This document shows, piece by piece, positions 12,476 to 25,342 of a stretch of DNA of 64,000 nt. Made by a program: the position numbers and the translations under genes. Each line of letters starts with the position of its first letter. Position 1 is the first letter of the stretch. Location of the stretch: assembly GCA_009103225.1 (NCBI GenBank), contig RHPI01001202.1:119206-183205 (forward strand), read 5' to 3'. Below the pieces are notes generated by a model. It was not told the DNA's origin and ran no database searches. It saw nothing but the letters and a program-made list of their open reading frames with translations. This stretch comes from Chlorokybus atmophyticus. Its lineage: Eukaryota; Plantae; Mesostigma and Chlorokybus algae.

Positions 12476-15283
12476 TTAGCAAAAGGCAATAACAAGGCAT
12501 GTGCATGCCCACAACTCACTCAAACCCAACCACGCACCTTTGGGGAGTGGTGGCCGTGAGGGGCTGGTGGTGCCAAATTGACAACCCGCCATCGGTTGTG
12601 TGGTATTGTATGTGGAGCGGTATGCACATCCTGGTGCAGCACACAAGCATGCTCCACGACATGCTGCACGCACACAATCAAAGCAACCACACCAATTTCT
12701 ACACACCGGACTTACAAGCATCAAATGCGCGTTCGCCTGAAGCCATTGATCTCATCGAGCACAACTCTGGCAGCTATTTGGCTTGGCAGCAAATGTTGTG
12801 GTGTAGTTGACACGCTGGCGGTGAGCATGTTTGCTACTTTAAGCGCAGCTTGCCATTGTAAAGCTCTCTCTTGCGGATTCTCCAGCAGCTTCCTGGATTG
12901 GAGAGCAAATGCGGCATCAGTGTTGAGGACGGTTCATGTCAGCAATGGCAACCTATCTACGCTTGTTGTGTGCTCGCATGTGCAGCACGCATATCACACA
13001 GCTCACCTCACAACATCGTACAAGTTGTCGGGAGTGCATTTGCCAAATATGGCTTCGGGCACAACCTCTCGTTGCAAGAGAATGTTTGGGATAGAAACAT
13101 GCTTTACAGCAGCGAGCCACCTCGCTGCCAGCTCCGTCAAGGGGTGCGCCTTGTACGCAACTGCAAACATGATTGATGTGACCCAAATACTTGTGCAACC
13201 AATGTACGCAGGAAGGGCCACATGTAACCAGCAGGAAGGCCTCACCAGCGAGAGGGATGCCTGCAACCAAGGCTTGCACAACAGCTGTGCCGGAAGTAAC
13301 AAGCGCGGCATCACACGCCTGCATGTTATGACTCAGTATTACTCAACGCCAACATCTGCAACTGGATACTCAACGCCAAGCTTGACACGTACACATGACA
13401 CACTTACAGCAAACACGTCGTATAGCTCAAAGGAGGGCACCACATGGACGGGTACGCTCCATTGGGCGGTTGCGGCCGTGATAGAGTTGATGAGAGAAGG
13501 CACTGCCGGCACGACAACACGCAAGGATGCATGTTCGCGTGTTGACAGCATTGCGCAAGCCTGCGCATATATCGGTAGGAGACGCTCGGCCTCTTGCCGG
13601 CGGCTGCCTGGCAGAAAGGCAAGTAGACAGCCCCTGCTGCACAACGACCAAGTATTTAGCTCTCATGCAACACTTGTAAACAACTGTACAAAAGTAGCAC
13701 TCAACGTGGCATAGCAATTACTGCTACGTTGTCCTGAGCGTCAACTATGCGTGTTGTGCTGTGATGCAGTGGAGGTGGCTGAGCCGAGGACATGCGTGTG
13801 CACAAAGCTGCCATGATAAGTATGTACTCAAACTCACTCTGTTGATATGCCATGACGCTCACAGAAGAGTTGCCTGTGCTCTGCTGTCCTGTTCTTTATC
13901 TTGCCCTGTCAAGCAACAGAAAAGGTGACCAGTATGATGGAAAAGAAACCCCCAACATGCTTGGAACTGCCATGAATAGCTATATGGTACCTGCAGACGA
14001 TCTTCAACCACCATGTGACCGACAAATGTAGCACGCAGTCCCGCTTTGTGCCATATGTCCGGCTCAAACGGCAGAATGCACAGGAAATGATCCACCAGAC
14101 GGCTCAATGCAGCACGCCGCCTATACTGCATTGTACATGTAAGTGTTGCATGCAACTTTATTGTATGAAGCTCAGCTACTCCCCCGTCACAACATGCGTG
14201 CTTGCATGTGGATGCGTGTATGTGCATAACACATGTACCCCCTCCACCTATCAGCATCAGTAGTATAATGTTATTCACTAAGCTCACCTTGCTGCATGCG
14301 TGAGTCCCAACAGCTCCCTATATGCCCATACTGATGGCGGAACATAATGGACGCACGGAGGTGCAGCCAATCCTTCTGCTGTGTACAGCCCTGCATTGCA
14401 ACAAACACAAGGTGTGTTGAACACAACCACAAGCAGAGAAGGACAGAGCATGATGAAACAGCAACTACTACTCGCATACACACACCTTTCAGTTGATGCA
14501 ACATGCGAAGGTTGAACCCCTTTGCGTCAACCGTCACAACTGCGTCTGGTGCCAACCGCCTTACAGCCGCGGCGGCCTCATGGATGCGGCGCTGAACAGA
14601 GACAATTACACAATTTCAGCGAATCGACTCTCAGCAATAAAAGCAACGGGTTGTGTGCATTGCGCAACGAAACAAAAGCTGGGGCTTGCCTGTATCAGCG
14701 GGATGCGGGGAAGAACTTCTGCCAAGCCCATGACGCTGATGTCCTCGAGCGGGAAGAACGACTCTACTCCTTGCGCAACCATCTCAGGCCTGGTGATCGA
14801 TGCAGGAGACGCCACAATCAAGTCCATGTCGAATTAATGTTGTATACCTTTTGGCACACATAGCACACAGTTTGCATAGAGCTCAACGCAAAACCCTGAG
14901 TCGTTATGCTGCTACTGTACTGTGCTTCCCAGAAGCTGCTTCTGCATTGTGGACATGCTGCTGTGGCCAAGTTCGCTGAATTACATATTATACAGCAAAC
15001 AGGCAGGCAAGCTTCAATGCTTGTGCTCAAAGCTGCTAAACTCATCTCACCCTGCCACGCCGGCGAAATGCGTGTCCGGGCGCTCCGCCCGGACGGCGGC
15101 GACGAGTCTGCCCGCGAGGGCATCGCCAGAAGGCTCCCCGGCGAGGACCGCCACGCGGAGAGGCCTGAGCAGCACGGGCGCCCGCCTCATAATGAAGCAG
15201 CATGGCTCAGCTCAGCTCAGCTCAGCTTAGCTTAGGTCACCTCACCTGCGCCGCCCCGCCAGCAACAAGCACAAGGACAACAT
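12476..15283 (-). CDS. LPXB: Lipid-A-disaccharide synthase LpxB (plant-type); start (15283 spliced or 15190) and 3' end uncertain
   Basis: Motifs LRVAVLAGEPSGDALAGRL, GVAGPEM, EDISVMGLAEVL, VVTVDAKGFNLR, HYVPPSVWAY, LCILPFEP..ATFVGH, LPGSRRQE, AALVTSGT, VSIPNILL..VVPE and PSQIAARVVL. Confidence 0.93.
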
Positions 15284-15312
15284 GCTCAATGCCAGGAAGG
15301 CCGACAACGGCT

Positions 15313-18300
15313 ATGACTGGCAGCAGCATGGGCGGTGGTGGCGGCGGTATGGGCGGGGGCGGCGGCGGTGGCGGTGGGGGCAGGGTCATCAGCAGGAAAG
15401 ATGCCTCAAGCGCGGGAGGCGGGTCGTCCGGTGGCCGGCTGGGCGGGCTGCCGCCCCGGCCTGGAACCAAGGTCAGCGCTTGCTGACTGCTTGCTTACTG
15501 CGGCGGTGGAACATTTGCGACAAGCTAGCAACTGTGGTCTGCAGCTGGAACGAAGCTCCATACAAACACAAGCTGGCGAGCTTGCTTGTTGGAAAGTCAG
15601 CAAGCAAGCCTTGATTTGCTTATTTGGGCTTAATTTCAACAGCACAACTTGTGCCTGTGCTTGTCAGCGTGGCAATTCGCTTTGTGGTCTTGGGTGCTGC
15701 CACTAGAGTTGTGTAGCTACAGCTGGCATTTGCACGCGTAGCAATTAGCTTGTTTTAATCTGAGTCGATAGCAGATTGCGGTAGGAGTTCAAAGTTAAAC
15801 GGCTTGCACTTCGTCCCCATCAAGTGGTAACCTGTCTATGACATAGACAATCGTGAAGAAACTGTTAGTTTCAAATGGACGGCACAGTGAATGCGTCAGT
15901 AGTTGTTGTATTTAGCAATTGTACGCTGTGCAGTAGCTGTATGCATTGCGTATCATTCGATGTGTGGTTTAACAGCATGGTCTTGACTTGTTCACGTGAA
16001 GCGATCAGCGTTTGCTTGTGTGCGTACATGTGCAGATGTGTATGCGTGTGTTTGCTAGTAAAGTGTGATTGGTTTGCAGCGCCCGGCAAATGCAGCACTC
16101 CCCGCGCCGAAAAAGCTGCGCAGGACCAAAACCTCCAGCAAGGCTGCGGGATCGTCGGACGTGTTTTCCAACCGAAGCGATCACTCGGTTGTGAAGACTG
16201 TCAACAAGCTGAGGCGCACGTACCGCAACAACCAAAACAAAGATGAGCAGGTTAACCGCTGCAAATAGCCTTTGTTCGCATGCGTATGCGCGCGTGTGCG
16301 TGCGCTCGCACACAGGCATGCGCACGTGTATGTGCACGTGTATGCACAAACGCATGTGCGTGCTTGCGCACACGCCTGCACACATTTGTGTTCCTCTTAG
16401 AAGGCATGGCGACTATTTTGCGAGTTGTTGCCGTAACGGTTGCTTCCCCCCGCTAGGAGCTCATGCAGCAGAATGAGGCGGCACTGCGCGAGGTCACAGA
16501 GAATCTTGAACGCATTGCGAGGTCGAGGGCGGCGGGAGCAGCCGCTTCGGAGCAAGTGCCCAAGCAGGAGTCGGGCCTTTGCCTCCCGAGCACCGGGTAC
16601 TGCAATAAAGGCCGCGCGTGCAAGAACAACTGCTCCGCACAGAGAACAACCAAGCGAGTGGTGAGTGGGTTATTGTGCATACGTGTGCGTGCGCGCACAT
16701 TTGTGTGCATGCATACATGCACACACGTGCACATGCACGCAAGCACACACATTGTTTGTTGCACTCAACGATAGGACTTGTGGACTGAAGCATACTGTTT
16801 TCTGTTCAGGTGCTCAAGTTACAGAATGACAAAGACCCTTCAGAGGACTTTGCCATGCATCCAACCCTGTTACCAAAGCAATTATCAATACCCAACTTTG
16901 CTTCATGGATCTACAGCAAGTGTAACGTGCTTGAAAGACCGAAGGTACACTGCGCTGTACCTTAGCTTTCCCCCTCCTTTTGCTTTCTTCTGGACACTCG
17001 TACGTGGGATTGTGTATAAATGGTATGCAAATCTGTGCAGCCGGCTGCGGTGAGGAGAGTGTACTATGACAGCCTCAAGGACGAGACCATCATGTGCAGC
17101 GACAGTGAGGACGAGCTTGACATGGATGTTGCGCAGAACCCGGGCTGGCATGACCTGCGTGATTTCGTGCTAACGTAAGCAATTATTGAAGTCCGTGTCT
17201 CTGCTTACACGTTCAACTTGTTCCACCTTGCTTATCATCATACTTGCCAGCGGTTGCATCGAGGCCCACGGCACAGGCGAGGGAGTTTTTGCAGCTATTG
17301 CAGACAGATTCTCGTGTAGCATTGCATCACTCAAGGTAATCTATTGCCTCACTAGCAGTGTCTGTTGGTGCTTCTGTGGTGTGTGTACGCTCATCATCCT
17401 TGTTGTGGTGCAGGACCGGTATGCAGCTTTATGCGCTGATAAAGAGTCCAAGGAACAAAAAAGCCACGTGCATCAGGTATTGCCTTTTCAACAATGTAGT
17501 ATCCGTTCTCATTGCACCATGCGGTGCCAAGTCGTTGTGTCAGTTGGCACACTTCACCCTTGAGCGTAGCAAAGCCGTGCTCCCATTTTGTGCAGCATCT
17601 CTCGCTAGCCGATGCGCTCGAGCCGATGCAGGAGCTTTACTGCCGGCGCTGCCACGTGAGTTTGGCTCAAGCTGCCATGATGCCATGCAAACCACTTGCA
17701 AGGCATCATGACGCAACCATTTCACATTTCCTTTTGAATGCAGATGTTCAACTGCAGTGTGCATGGCGTTGACCGGCCCTCTCCTTGCAAGGTGGGCTCC
17801 TGATGAACTACTCAGTAAAGCCTGACTGCATTGGCCTTTCTTATATGTATCTTCTCCCAACATTTTGTCACTGTTTGCAGAGTAGAAAACACTCGACAGC
17901 ACTGCCGCCACAGAGCTCAGAGCCTTGCAGCTCGGATTGCTTCATGTCCCACAGCATGGTAAGTCACCGGCTGCGAGGATTGCCGGACACTTGGCTTGTG
18001 ACATGTGCGCCGTGTAAATTGAACAACAAGGACATCATCACGGTGCCCAGGCTGTCTCAAGTCCGCTTACTGAAGAGTTGAAGGGAGGGCCGTGTGAGAC
18101 GAGCACCGTAGCATCGGCGCCGGGTGCTGCCAGCAGCAGCTCAGACTGGCAGCCGTTTGAGTTGGACATACTACAGAAGGGATTAGCCATATACTCTTAC
18201 AACAAGTAAGTGACACGCACACACAGACAAGCGTGCGCTTGCAAACCCACAGCAGATGCATGGCACGGCTCTCACGAGTCTTCTCTGCACAGTTGCCAAG

Positions 18301-19892
18301 TAGCGCGTCTGTTGAACGGTCTCCGCACGTGCGCGGCGGTAGCGCAGAGGCTGCAGCAGCACAAGGACATGGCGGACAACCTCCTGAGCGCGGTGCGCCC
18401 GAGCAGCGGGAGCAGCGACAGGTCGTCGCGCAAGGACCAGACGGTCGAGCAGAGCAGCGCAGCAGCAGCAGAGCCCAAGGCCGAGGTCATCAAGAAGGGT
18501 GGCAAAAGCGGACGCATGAAGATGAGCCTCACCGTGCGCAAACGGCTGGAGCATCCACCGGATCAGGTAGTAGATTACCTGTGAGCATGCACAGGTGGCT
18601 CTGTGTGCGCGTGCGTGCAGAGGTTCTCATACACATAAGAGCACGTGCATGCGCACGCGCACACGCAGAGGCACGTGCATGTTCACGTGCTCACATGCGC
18701 ACACACAGGCAGTGTCCGCACGTCTGGAGTGTTGGCATACGGTACTGTGCAAGTAAAATGACAGTGATGCATGCTCCCTTGTCTCAGGCATGGAAAGCGT
18801 ACTACCCGTGCAGCCACCCCGGGAAGCGTTGTGACCAGCACTGTTCTTGCGTCAAGTCGGGCAACTTCTGCGAGAAGTACTGCGCGTGCTCCGACAACTG
18901 CGCAAATCGTTTTCAAGGCTGCAACTGCAACCGCAGCAGCTGCCGCACGCGCACGTGCCCGTGCGTGGCCGCCGCGCGCGAGTGCGACCCGGACCTATGC
19001 CACCGCTGCAACAAGACATGCGACGTCATCGCAGCTGGAGGCACACTGCCCGGAGCGGAAGTCGCAGGGGACATCAACAACGCTGCGGATGCTGTTGTTG
19101 GTGGTGGTGCCGCTGCGGCGGTGGGGGAGTCGAGAAGCAACGGAGGGAAAGACAGCAGCGAAGACGAGCAGCAGCCGCATGAACACATCTGCGGAAACAT
19201 GCAACTTCGCCTGCGCTTGCACAAGGTATGCGCAGTATGGCATCTTACCGACAATGTGCACGACATTTGCAAAAGGGGTCCCAGTGTATTACTCGTATGT
19301 GCTTGTGCACCTCTGCAGCTCTGCACACATACCCATAGTGCGCAGTACCTTGTACACGTACGTACTTGTACGCGCATGCATGTGTGCTGTTTATGACATC
19401 TGCAGCCATGCACGCATCAAGGTTTCTGTAACTTGCTACCTACTCTTTCTTGCTCTGCAGCACGTGCTGTTTGGCATCTCGGACATAGAAGGTTGGGGCG
19501 TGTTCAGCCGTGACGAGATCAAGAAGAATGAGTGCATCGGCGAGTACACCGGCGAGCTTGTTAGTCAGGCTGAGGCCGACCGTCGCGGGAAGCTCTACGA
19601 CAAGGTCAACTCCTCCTTCCTCTTCAACCTCAACGACCAGCAGGTTCTCGACGCCTGCCCGAAAGGCGACAAGCTCAAGTTTGCCAACCACTCCACGTCG
19701 CCCAACTGCTTCGCACGCGTGCTTCTTGTGTCGGGAGACTACCGCGTGGGCATCTTTGCAAAGAGTGCCATCGCGCCTGGGGAGGAGTTGTTCTATGATT
19801 ATAGATATGAGAAGGAGAGAGCACCGTCGTGGGCGCGCGTGGAGGGAGGGAAGGCCGATGAGAGCAAGGCGGAGAAGGGCGGAGCCAAGTGA
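15313..19892 (+). CDS. CLF: Enhancer of zeste E(z)/CLF/SWN-like PRC2 H3K27 methyltransferase (about 12 exons; first exon 15313-15471 inferred)
   Basis: Motifs RRVYYD..ETIMCSDSE, LYCRRC|..FNCSVH and a SANT-like WQPFELDILQKGLAIY..CQVARLL..RTC. The CXC domain reads YYPC..CDQHCSC..NFCEKYCAC..RFQGCNC..CPCVAAARECDPDLC. The SET domain reads GWGVF..GEYTGELVS..EADRRGKLYD..SFLFNLN..KLKFANHS..PNC..EELFYDYRY. Confidence 0.96.
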
Positions 19893-20350
19893 GGTGTGGT
19901 GTTGTGCGCGGGGCGGCGCTGTGGGTGCACGCGTGTGGCAGGTTGGGTTGGGCAGCAGCACTAATAACCAGAATAAGAACAGAACAATCTCCTGGCTATA
20001 TACTTATCACAACCTGCTGTTACGGTGAAAGAACTCTGGTGGTCCACTGCACAAAAGGGTCACCTTGCAGCGCTGGACTGCAGCATTGCAACCATGTGCA
20101 TCTGTAATAACCATGTATGTCCATGGTGTGCGGCACAGGTGTGTCTGATAGCAGTGGCTCCAAGATGATTGCCGAAGTTATTCCTGCAGCCATGCAAGTT
20201 GCTCGCTGCCAGCCCTAGCTATCATGCTGTTTGCAAATTGTGCCTCAGTCTTGCTACGCTACTGATGTTGCGCTAACGCTATGAACAATCTGTCATGTTG
20301 TATGTGAACAATTGTGTTCTTGTTATCTATCATTACACACCCTGCAATGC

Positions 20351-23017
20351 TCATGACATCGAAGGAGACAATCGTTGAAAGCACTCTGCAATCTGGTTCG
20401 CCGCTGTCCTGCTAGCTATCGTACCGCCTGCCACATCGTCTTCCAACTTCAGAAGCAGCTCCCGCACACCCTTGTCGCTCTGCAACCTGTATAGCGAACA
20501 ACCACATCAGGCTCGCGTACGTGGGTAAGCGCTCACGCGCACATACCCACAAACCAACAAACACGCCCAGGCTCATGTACTCACACACGCACATGTACGC
20601 ATGTGCGCGCACACGCACGCGCATGTACGCATGTGCGCGCACACAGCATAGGGAATGTAACGTCTCACCGATCGGCAATGAGCGCCTGAACCGCGGCCCA
20701 CATCTGGCTTCGCCGCTGCTGCGCCCGCCTTCGTGCGAGTTCACTTGACTCTGCCAGCGCAGCATGACAGTCCTTTGCGGTCTGCCACACTGCCTCTACG
20801 CCCATGCCCGTGCGCGCGCTACACGCCAACACCTGGCGCAAGTGTGACGAGTTGTGTGTAATGCACACGGGCAACCAACATGGGCACTCTGTACCTTTGG
20901 AGCCCAGGCTCGTGATCGCGGGCGCATGTGTCGCAGCGCCTGCGAGTACTCGTGCACCATGCGGTTGACCTCAAGCTTGTGCGTGGCGTCGTCCGCCTTG
21001 TTCACGACAAGTATGTCCGCTACCTCCACAATCCCTGCACTGCAAACATAGGACTCGACCACCTGTATCTCACTCACTCGCACACTCACATGCACTCGCG
21101 CTCGCGCACGCGCACGCTTGTGCTTGCGCGCATGCGCACACACACACACACGCGCGCACATCTACCCACACACGCATGATCGACGCTCACCGCGCTTGAT
21201 TCCCTGCAGCTCGTCTCCTCCCTGCGGCGAGAGCACGAGCACCATGAGGTCGGTGAGGTCCGCGACGGCGTCCTCGCTCTGGCCCACGCCGACCGTCTCG
21301 ACGATCACCGTCTCGTAGCCGGCGGCCTAAACCCAGCGCATGGAAAGGGGACACACTTGTGGTTATTTACTTGATCTCTCTTTGAGCAGTAAGCAGAGTG
21401 CCAACATATTGCTCCAGTACTGGACGCTGCTGTTCAAGCGTGCGTGCGCGCGTGCAAAGCGCCCGTCAGAGTGTGCGCGCGCGTGCGGGCGTATGCATAC
21501 GTGTATGCTTCATGCGTAGCAGTACCTCGCATAGGAGTATGGCGTCGGCGGTGTTGCGCGCGACGCCGCCAAGCACGCCGCGCGTGGGTGTTGCGCGCAC
21601 GTACGCGTTGGCGTGGAACGCCAGCCGCGTCATCCGCGTCTTGTCGCCCAGTATCGAACCCCCGCTCGCCTTGCTCGACGGATCAACTGCTCATGTTGGA
21701 CTTTGTCACACAACACAAGGTGGTTGACGTGACACGCTGTGTTGATGCCTTTCGAACCGTATGCGAAGCATGTGCCACACAACCCACCTGCCAAGACTGC
21801 CACGCGGCCGCTGCCCTCCACTACCTGCATCCCGATCGCTGCAAAGGACAAAACAGGCATCACTCGATGCACTCGCGGCAGACTGTTGTGTACATGCGTG
21901 CGTGTAGGTGCGCACGTGCACATCTCACAACACAACAACAAGCCCGCAGCTCTGTACCAACACTGTTCCCCCACTCGCCTTCGATGAGTGAGCTCTTTCC
22001 TGCGCCCGGTGGCCCAGCGAACCCCACGCGCATCGAAGGAGAGGGAGACGACGAGGCCGAAGGTGATCGGGGTTTGGGTTGGGAGGTTGTCTGCACCAGG
22101 TGCTGCAGGAGGGCCGTAGCCTGTGAGGGAGCGGTGGCGGTGAGTGTGGAGTCGCTGTGTGTGCGTGTGTACGTAAGTGAGTGCTCGCAGAGTGCGTGCG
22201 TGCAACTGCATGCGTGCTTGCGCAACGGCGTGCGAGCGTATGCGTTGCTGTGCGCGTGCATGTGTGTGCATGCGTGCATGCATGCGCGAGTATGAGCATG
22301 CAGATGTACTCGTCAAACAGCTTCAATCCCACACGGTGAACTTATTCATTCGTACTGGCACCACTATTCATACGACATACACGCTTGAGCACCCGATCCC
22401 AGAAGCCAGCAGGCAGAGCAGTTAACCACAGCCCAATTCGCCTTCACCTTCTGAAGTCTTTCAACTACACTGATCAAGCACAAGGAGAGAAACAACAAAA
22501 GAACCCTCCTGCCATGACACTTGCTTAACCGTCCAGATAGCACGGAAAACACCAATGATGGTATATGGCATGAATGCCAAGATGTGAAGCCTTAGAAACC
22601 ATACACAACACATGTGTTTCTCTGTCCCTCGCTTCTCACAGCAGAGCACACCTGCATCTGGTGGTCTTGTCGTCGGCTCTCCACCATCGTGATCGCCCGG
22701 CTCAGCGCCGAGCGGCTGCCAGACCGCACAGCAGCCGCGAGCGCCGCCCCAACCTCGGCCGCCGCCGCCGCCGCCGCCGCTGCCGCCATCACCGCCGCCG
22801 CCGCCACATCGCCGCTCACGCACACACTAGTCTACTGACACCCACACCCACACCCACACCCACACCCACGCCCATACCAGCATTGGTGGCACTGCTGGAG
22901 CGGCGGCGGCGGCGGCGGCGGGGGTCGGCAAGAGGAGGTCAGAGGGCAAGTGGTTGAGCGGAGTGGCGTCATGGGCGGCGGTGTCGCCTTCATGCCCCAC
23001 AGCGGTGAGCTGCTCAT
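20351..23017 (-). CDS. MMAA: MMAA/MeaB G3E-family GTPase (methylmalonyl-CoA mutase chaperone); start uncertain (22789-23017)
   Basis: Motifs [30 protein letters not shown] (G1), [63 protein letters not shown] and CSARTGMG. The last exon ends ..[18 protein letters not shown]. Confidence 0.95.
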
Positions 23018-25342
23018 CAGCCGCGTCGCCGATAGCGGTGAACAGGATTGGGAGCAAGCGCTGTCCCCGTCCACGTTACAGTTGCTCGACGACCTCGCTA
23101 AGCGTGGCAAACTCAGAATGAATCACACCCGGTCATGGTGTGATCTGGTTCAATCACCAGGGCATCGCTTCACGGTTGCCAGAGCTGCATGCAGAGAGGA
23201 GTAGAAGCCCTCCAGAATATGTATATAGTCCAGGCCGTTCTGTATGGAACGGATGCAGATGGCAAACCCCCCAATGGCTTGCAGGAGGCTATACGCTTAA
23301 TGAGTATGGAGGCGATGTGTTTGCGGAGCGGGTTTTTATTTGGTCTCTTAGACAGTAGTTCTAATTCTTGAACTTGCAGTGGTTTGGTTGTGCTATGGAC
23401 GAACCCTGCTTGGCGTCACCGCGACGGCGTGACATGACATTGAGCAAATCTTGCAAGTCACAGCCAGGCACGAAGCCCATGACGTCCATATGTTTGATCT
23501 TCCGCTCTCAGGTGAGCGTCCGTGAACTATGCATGCACTTCTCGCGACGGTCGGATCACATCCGCATTGCGTGGTTTGACCCGCGGGGAGGTGATGCGGG
23601 GGAATGACAATCATAGGGGCAATGCTTTGAGGCAACAAGCAAGGGCTTTGACAGTGCCCGAGTGCTGAGCGACGACCTCACGCACGCGCGCGCATTTGTG
23701 CAAAAGAGCGCCGGAGGTGTTGACTCCGTGTAACGCATGTCACACACAACACACATGCACGACATGCATACCAATCGCATGGCATACGGCACCCCTCGGT
23801 CGATAGGACACCATTGGATTGCCTTATCACCTCGGACACTACGCGACGGACTCTACACCTATAACCACTATTGCTGCCACCTCAGTCAGTCAGTCATGCA
23901 TGCCAGCCAACCAACGCAGTGTGCTTGGGCGGGCGCGGATTGCAGCGCGTGCGTGACTGGAGTGTGCGTGCATGCGGCGGAGTATGTGCGCATAGGACCG
24001 ACCGCGTGATGTGTTGCCATTGGGTAGCGTGACATGCAGTATAACCCATGTGTATGTAATAGTAATAATGAGTAATATACTTTTGGTGCATGCATATTAG
24101 GACACCACCGCCACCATGCCACGCTTGCAGAGCATAATACATGCTTTGCATCGCACAAAACCTGTGCATGCTAACAACTAGATTGTCAAACACAATCAAA
24201 TCACACACAATGCAATGCACCTCAGCGTGTACATAAATCTCAACAGTCATAGCCACATGCAAGGTGTTATATGCCTAATAAATAACTGGCAAACTGTGCG
24301 CACCTCCAGCCACACAGCTCGTGCTTGTACAGGTGATGCATTTTGCTGCATGCATGCTTGCATGACTAACGGGGTGGTGGTGTAGTTGTTGGCCTAGATG
24401 TAGTAGTGTAGCCCGGTGGTTGAATATATGTGAGAGCGTGCGCCTGCTGGTTGCTGTCTGCGTGATGACATATGCATGACACGAGGCTTGAGCAAGCACG
24501 CCCCGCATTGTTTGTAAATGGGTTAGATTGAGTGACTGACTCAGTGCATGGTACTCATACAGTGCAAGCCGTGTGTTGCGTTGTTGTGGTGTACGACAGC
24601 GGAGTTGATGTTGGGCGAGCGCAAGCAACGGGCAGTGCAAAGCAAATACATTATCTGGACGGGCCCCTCAGCAACTTGGGCAAGGATGCAAGGAAGCAGC
24701 AACAATGGCGCCTCACCTACGCAGAAGTGCCACAATGAGCCAGCTGCCTTGGGGATACGTAGGGTGTGCATCGTAGTTATCCCACAGCATGCTCATTTGC
24801 AAGTAGCCAGCACACAAGCACAAGCACAAGCACAAACCACCAACACAACTATTACACCCCCGGCCGTACGTACATGTTGCTTTGCTTGCTTGCTAGCATA
24901 GACCATGTCACTTGTCTTTCCATAGGCTTTGCCTACACAAATGAGTATGAATGAACCATCGCTCGCCATAGCTACACTCAATCTAGCACAACCATAGAAA
25001 CCAACCCAAAAAGGCACATGGATGAGTTGTAGTAGAATGCTGGCGCTTCAACCATGCTTGCCAGTATTCTTGAATGCCTCATTCTTTGATGCCATGTAAT
25101 AGGCGCGGAATGTGCATCAGGGTCATCTGTCTCAGCATAGTGCATTACGTTTAAGCAAGAAGCGCCTCATGCAGCTATAGCCCGCAAGGCTTGAGAGCCC
25201 ACACAAGGCTTGCGAGCGTGCCATCTATCTTGAGGACAACTCGAATCGTTGTGTATTCCACGTTTACCAACCAATCCCCTTTGTTACTATACACAACGAG
25301 AGGATAGGCTCACTCTACCAAGATGCCATCACCACGTCATCA

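Noticed and set aside
12578-13714. Long 378-aa plus-strand ORF
   Set aside because: Antisense shadow of LpxB exons and introns.
19640-19770. E(z) SET substitutions DAxRKG>DACPKG and GDHR>GDYR
   Set aside because: These positions vary across SET domains; the key EYTGE, FANHS and FYDYRY residues are intact.
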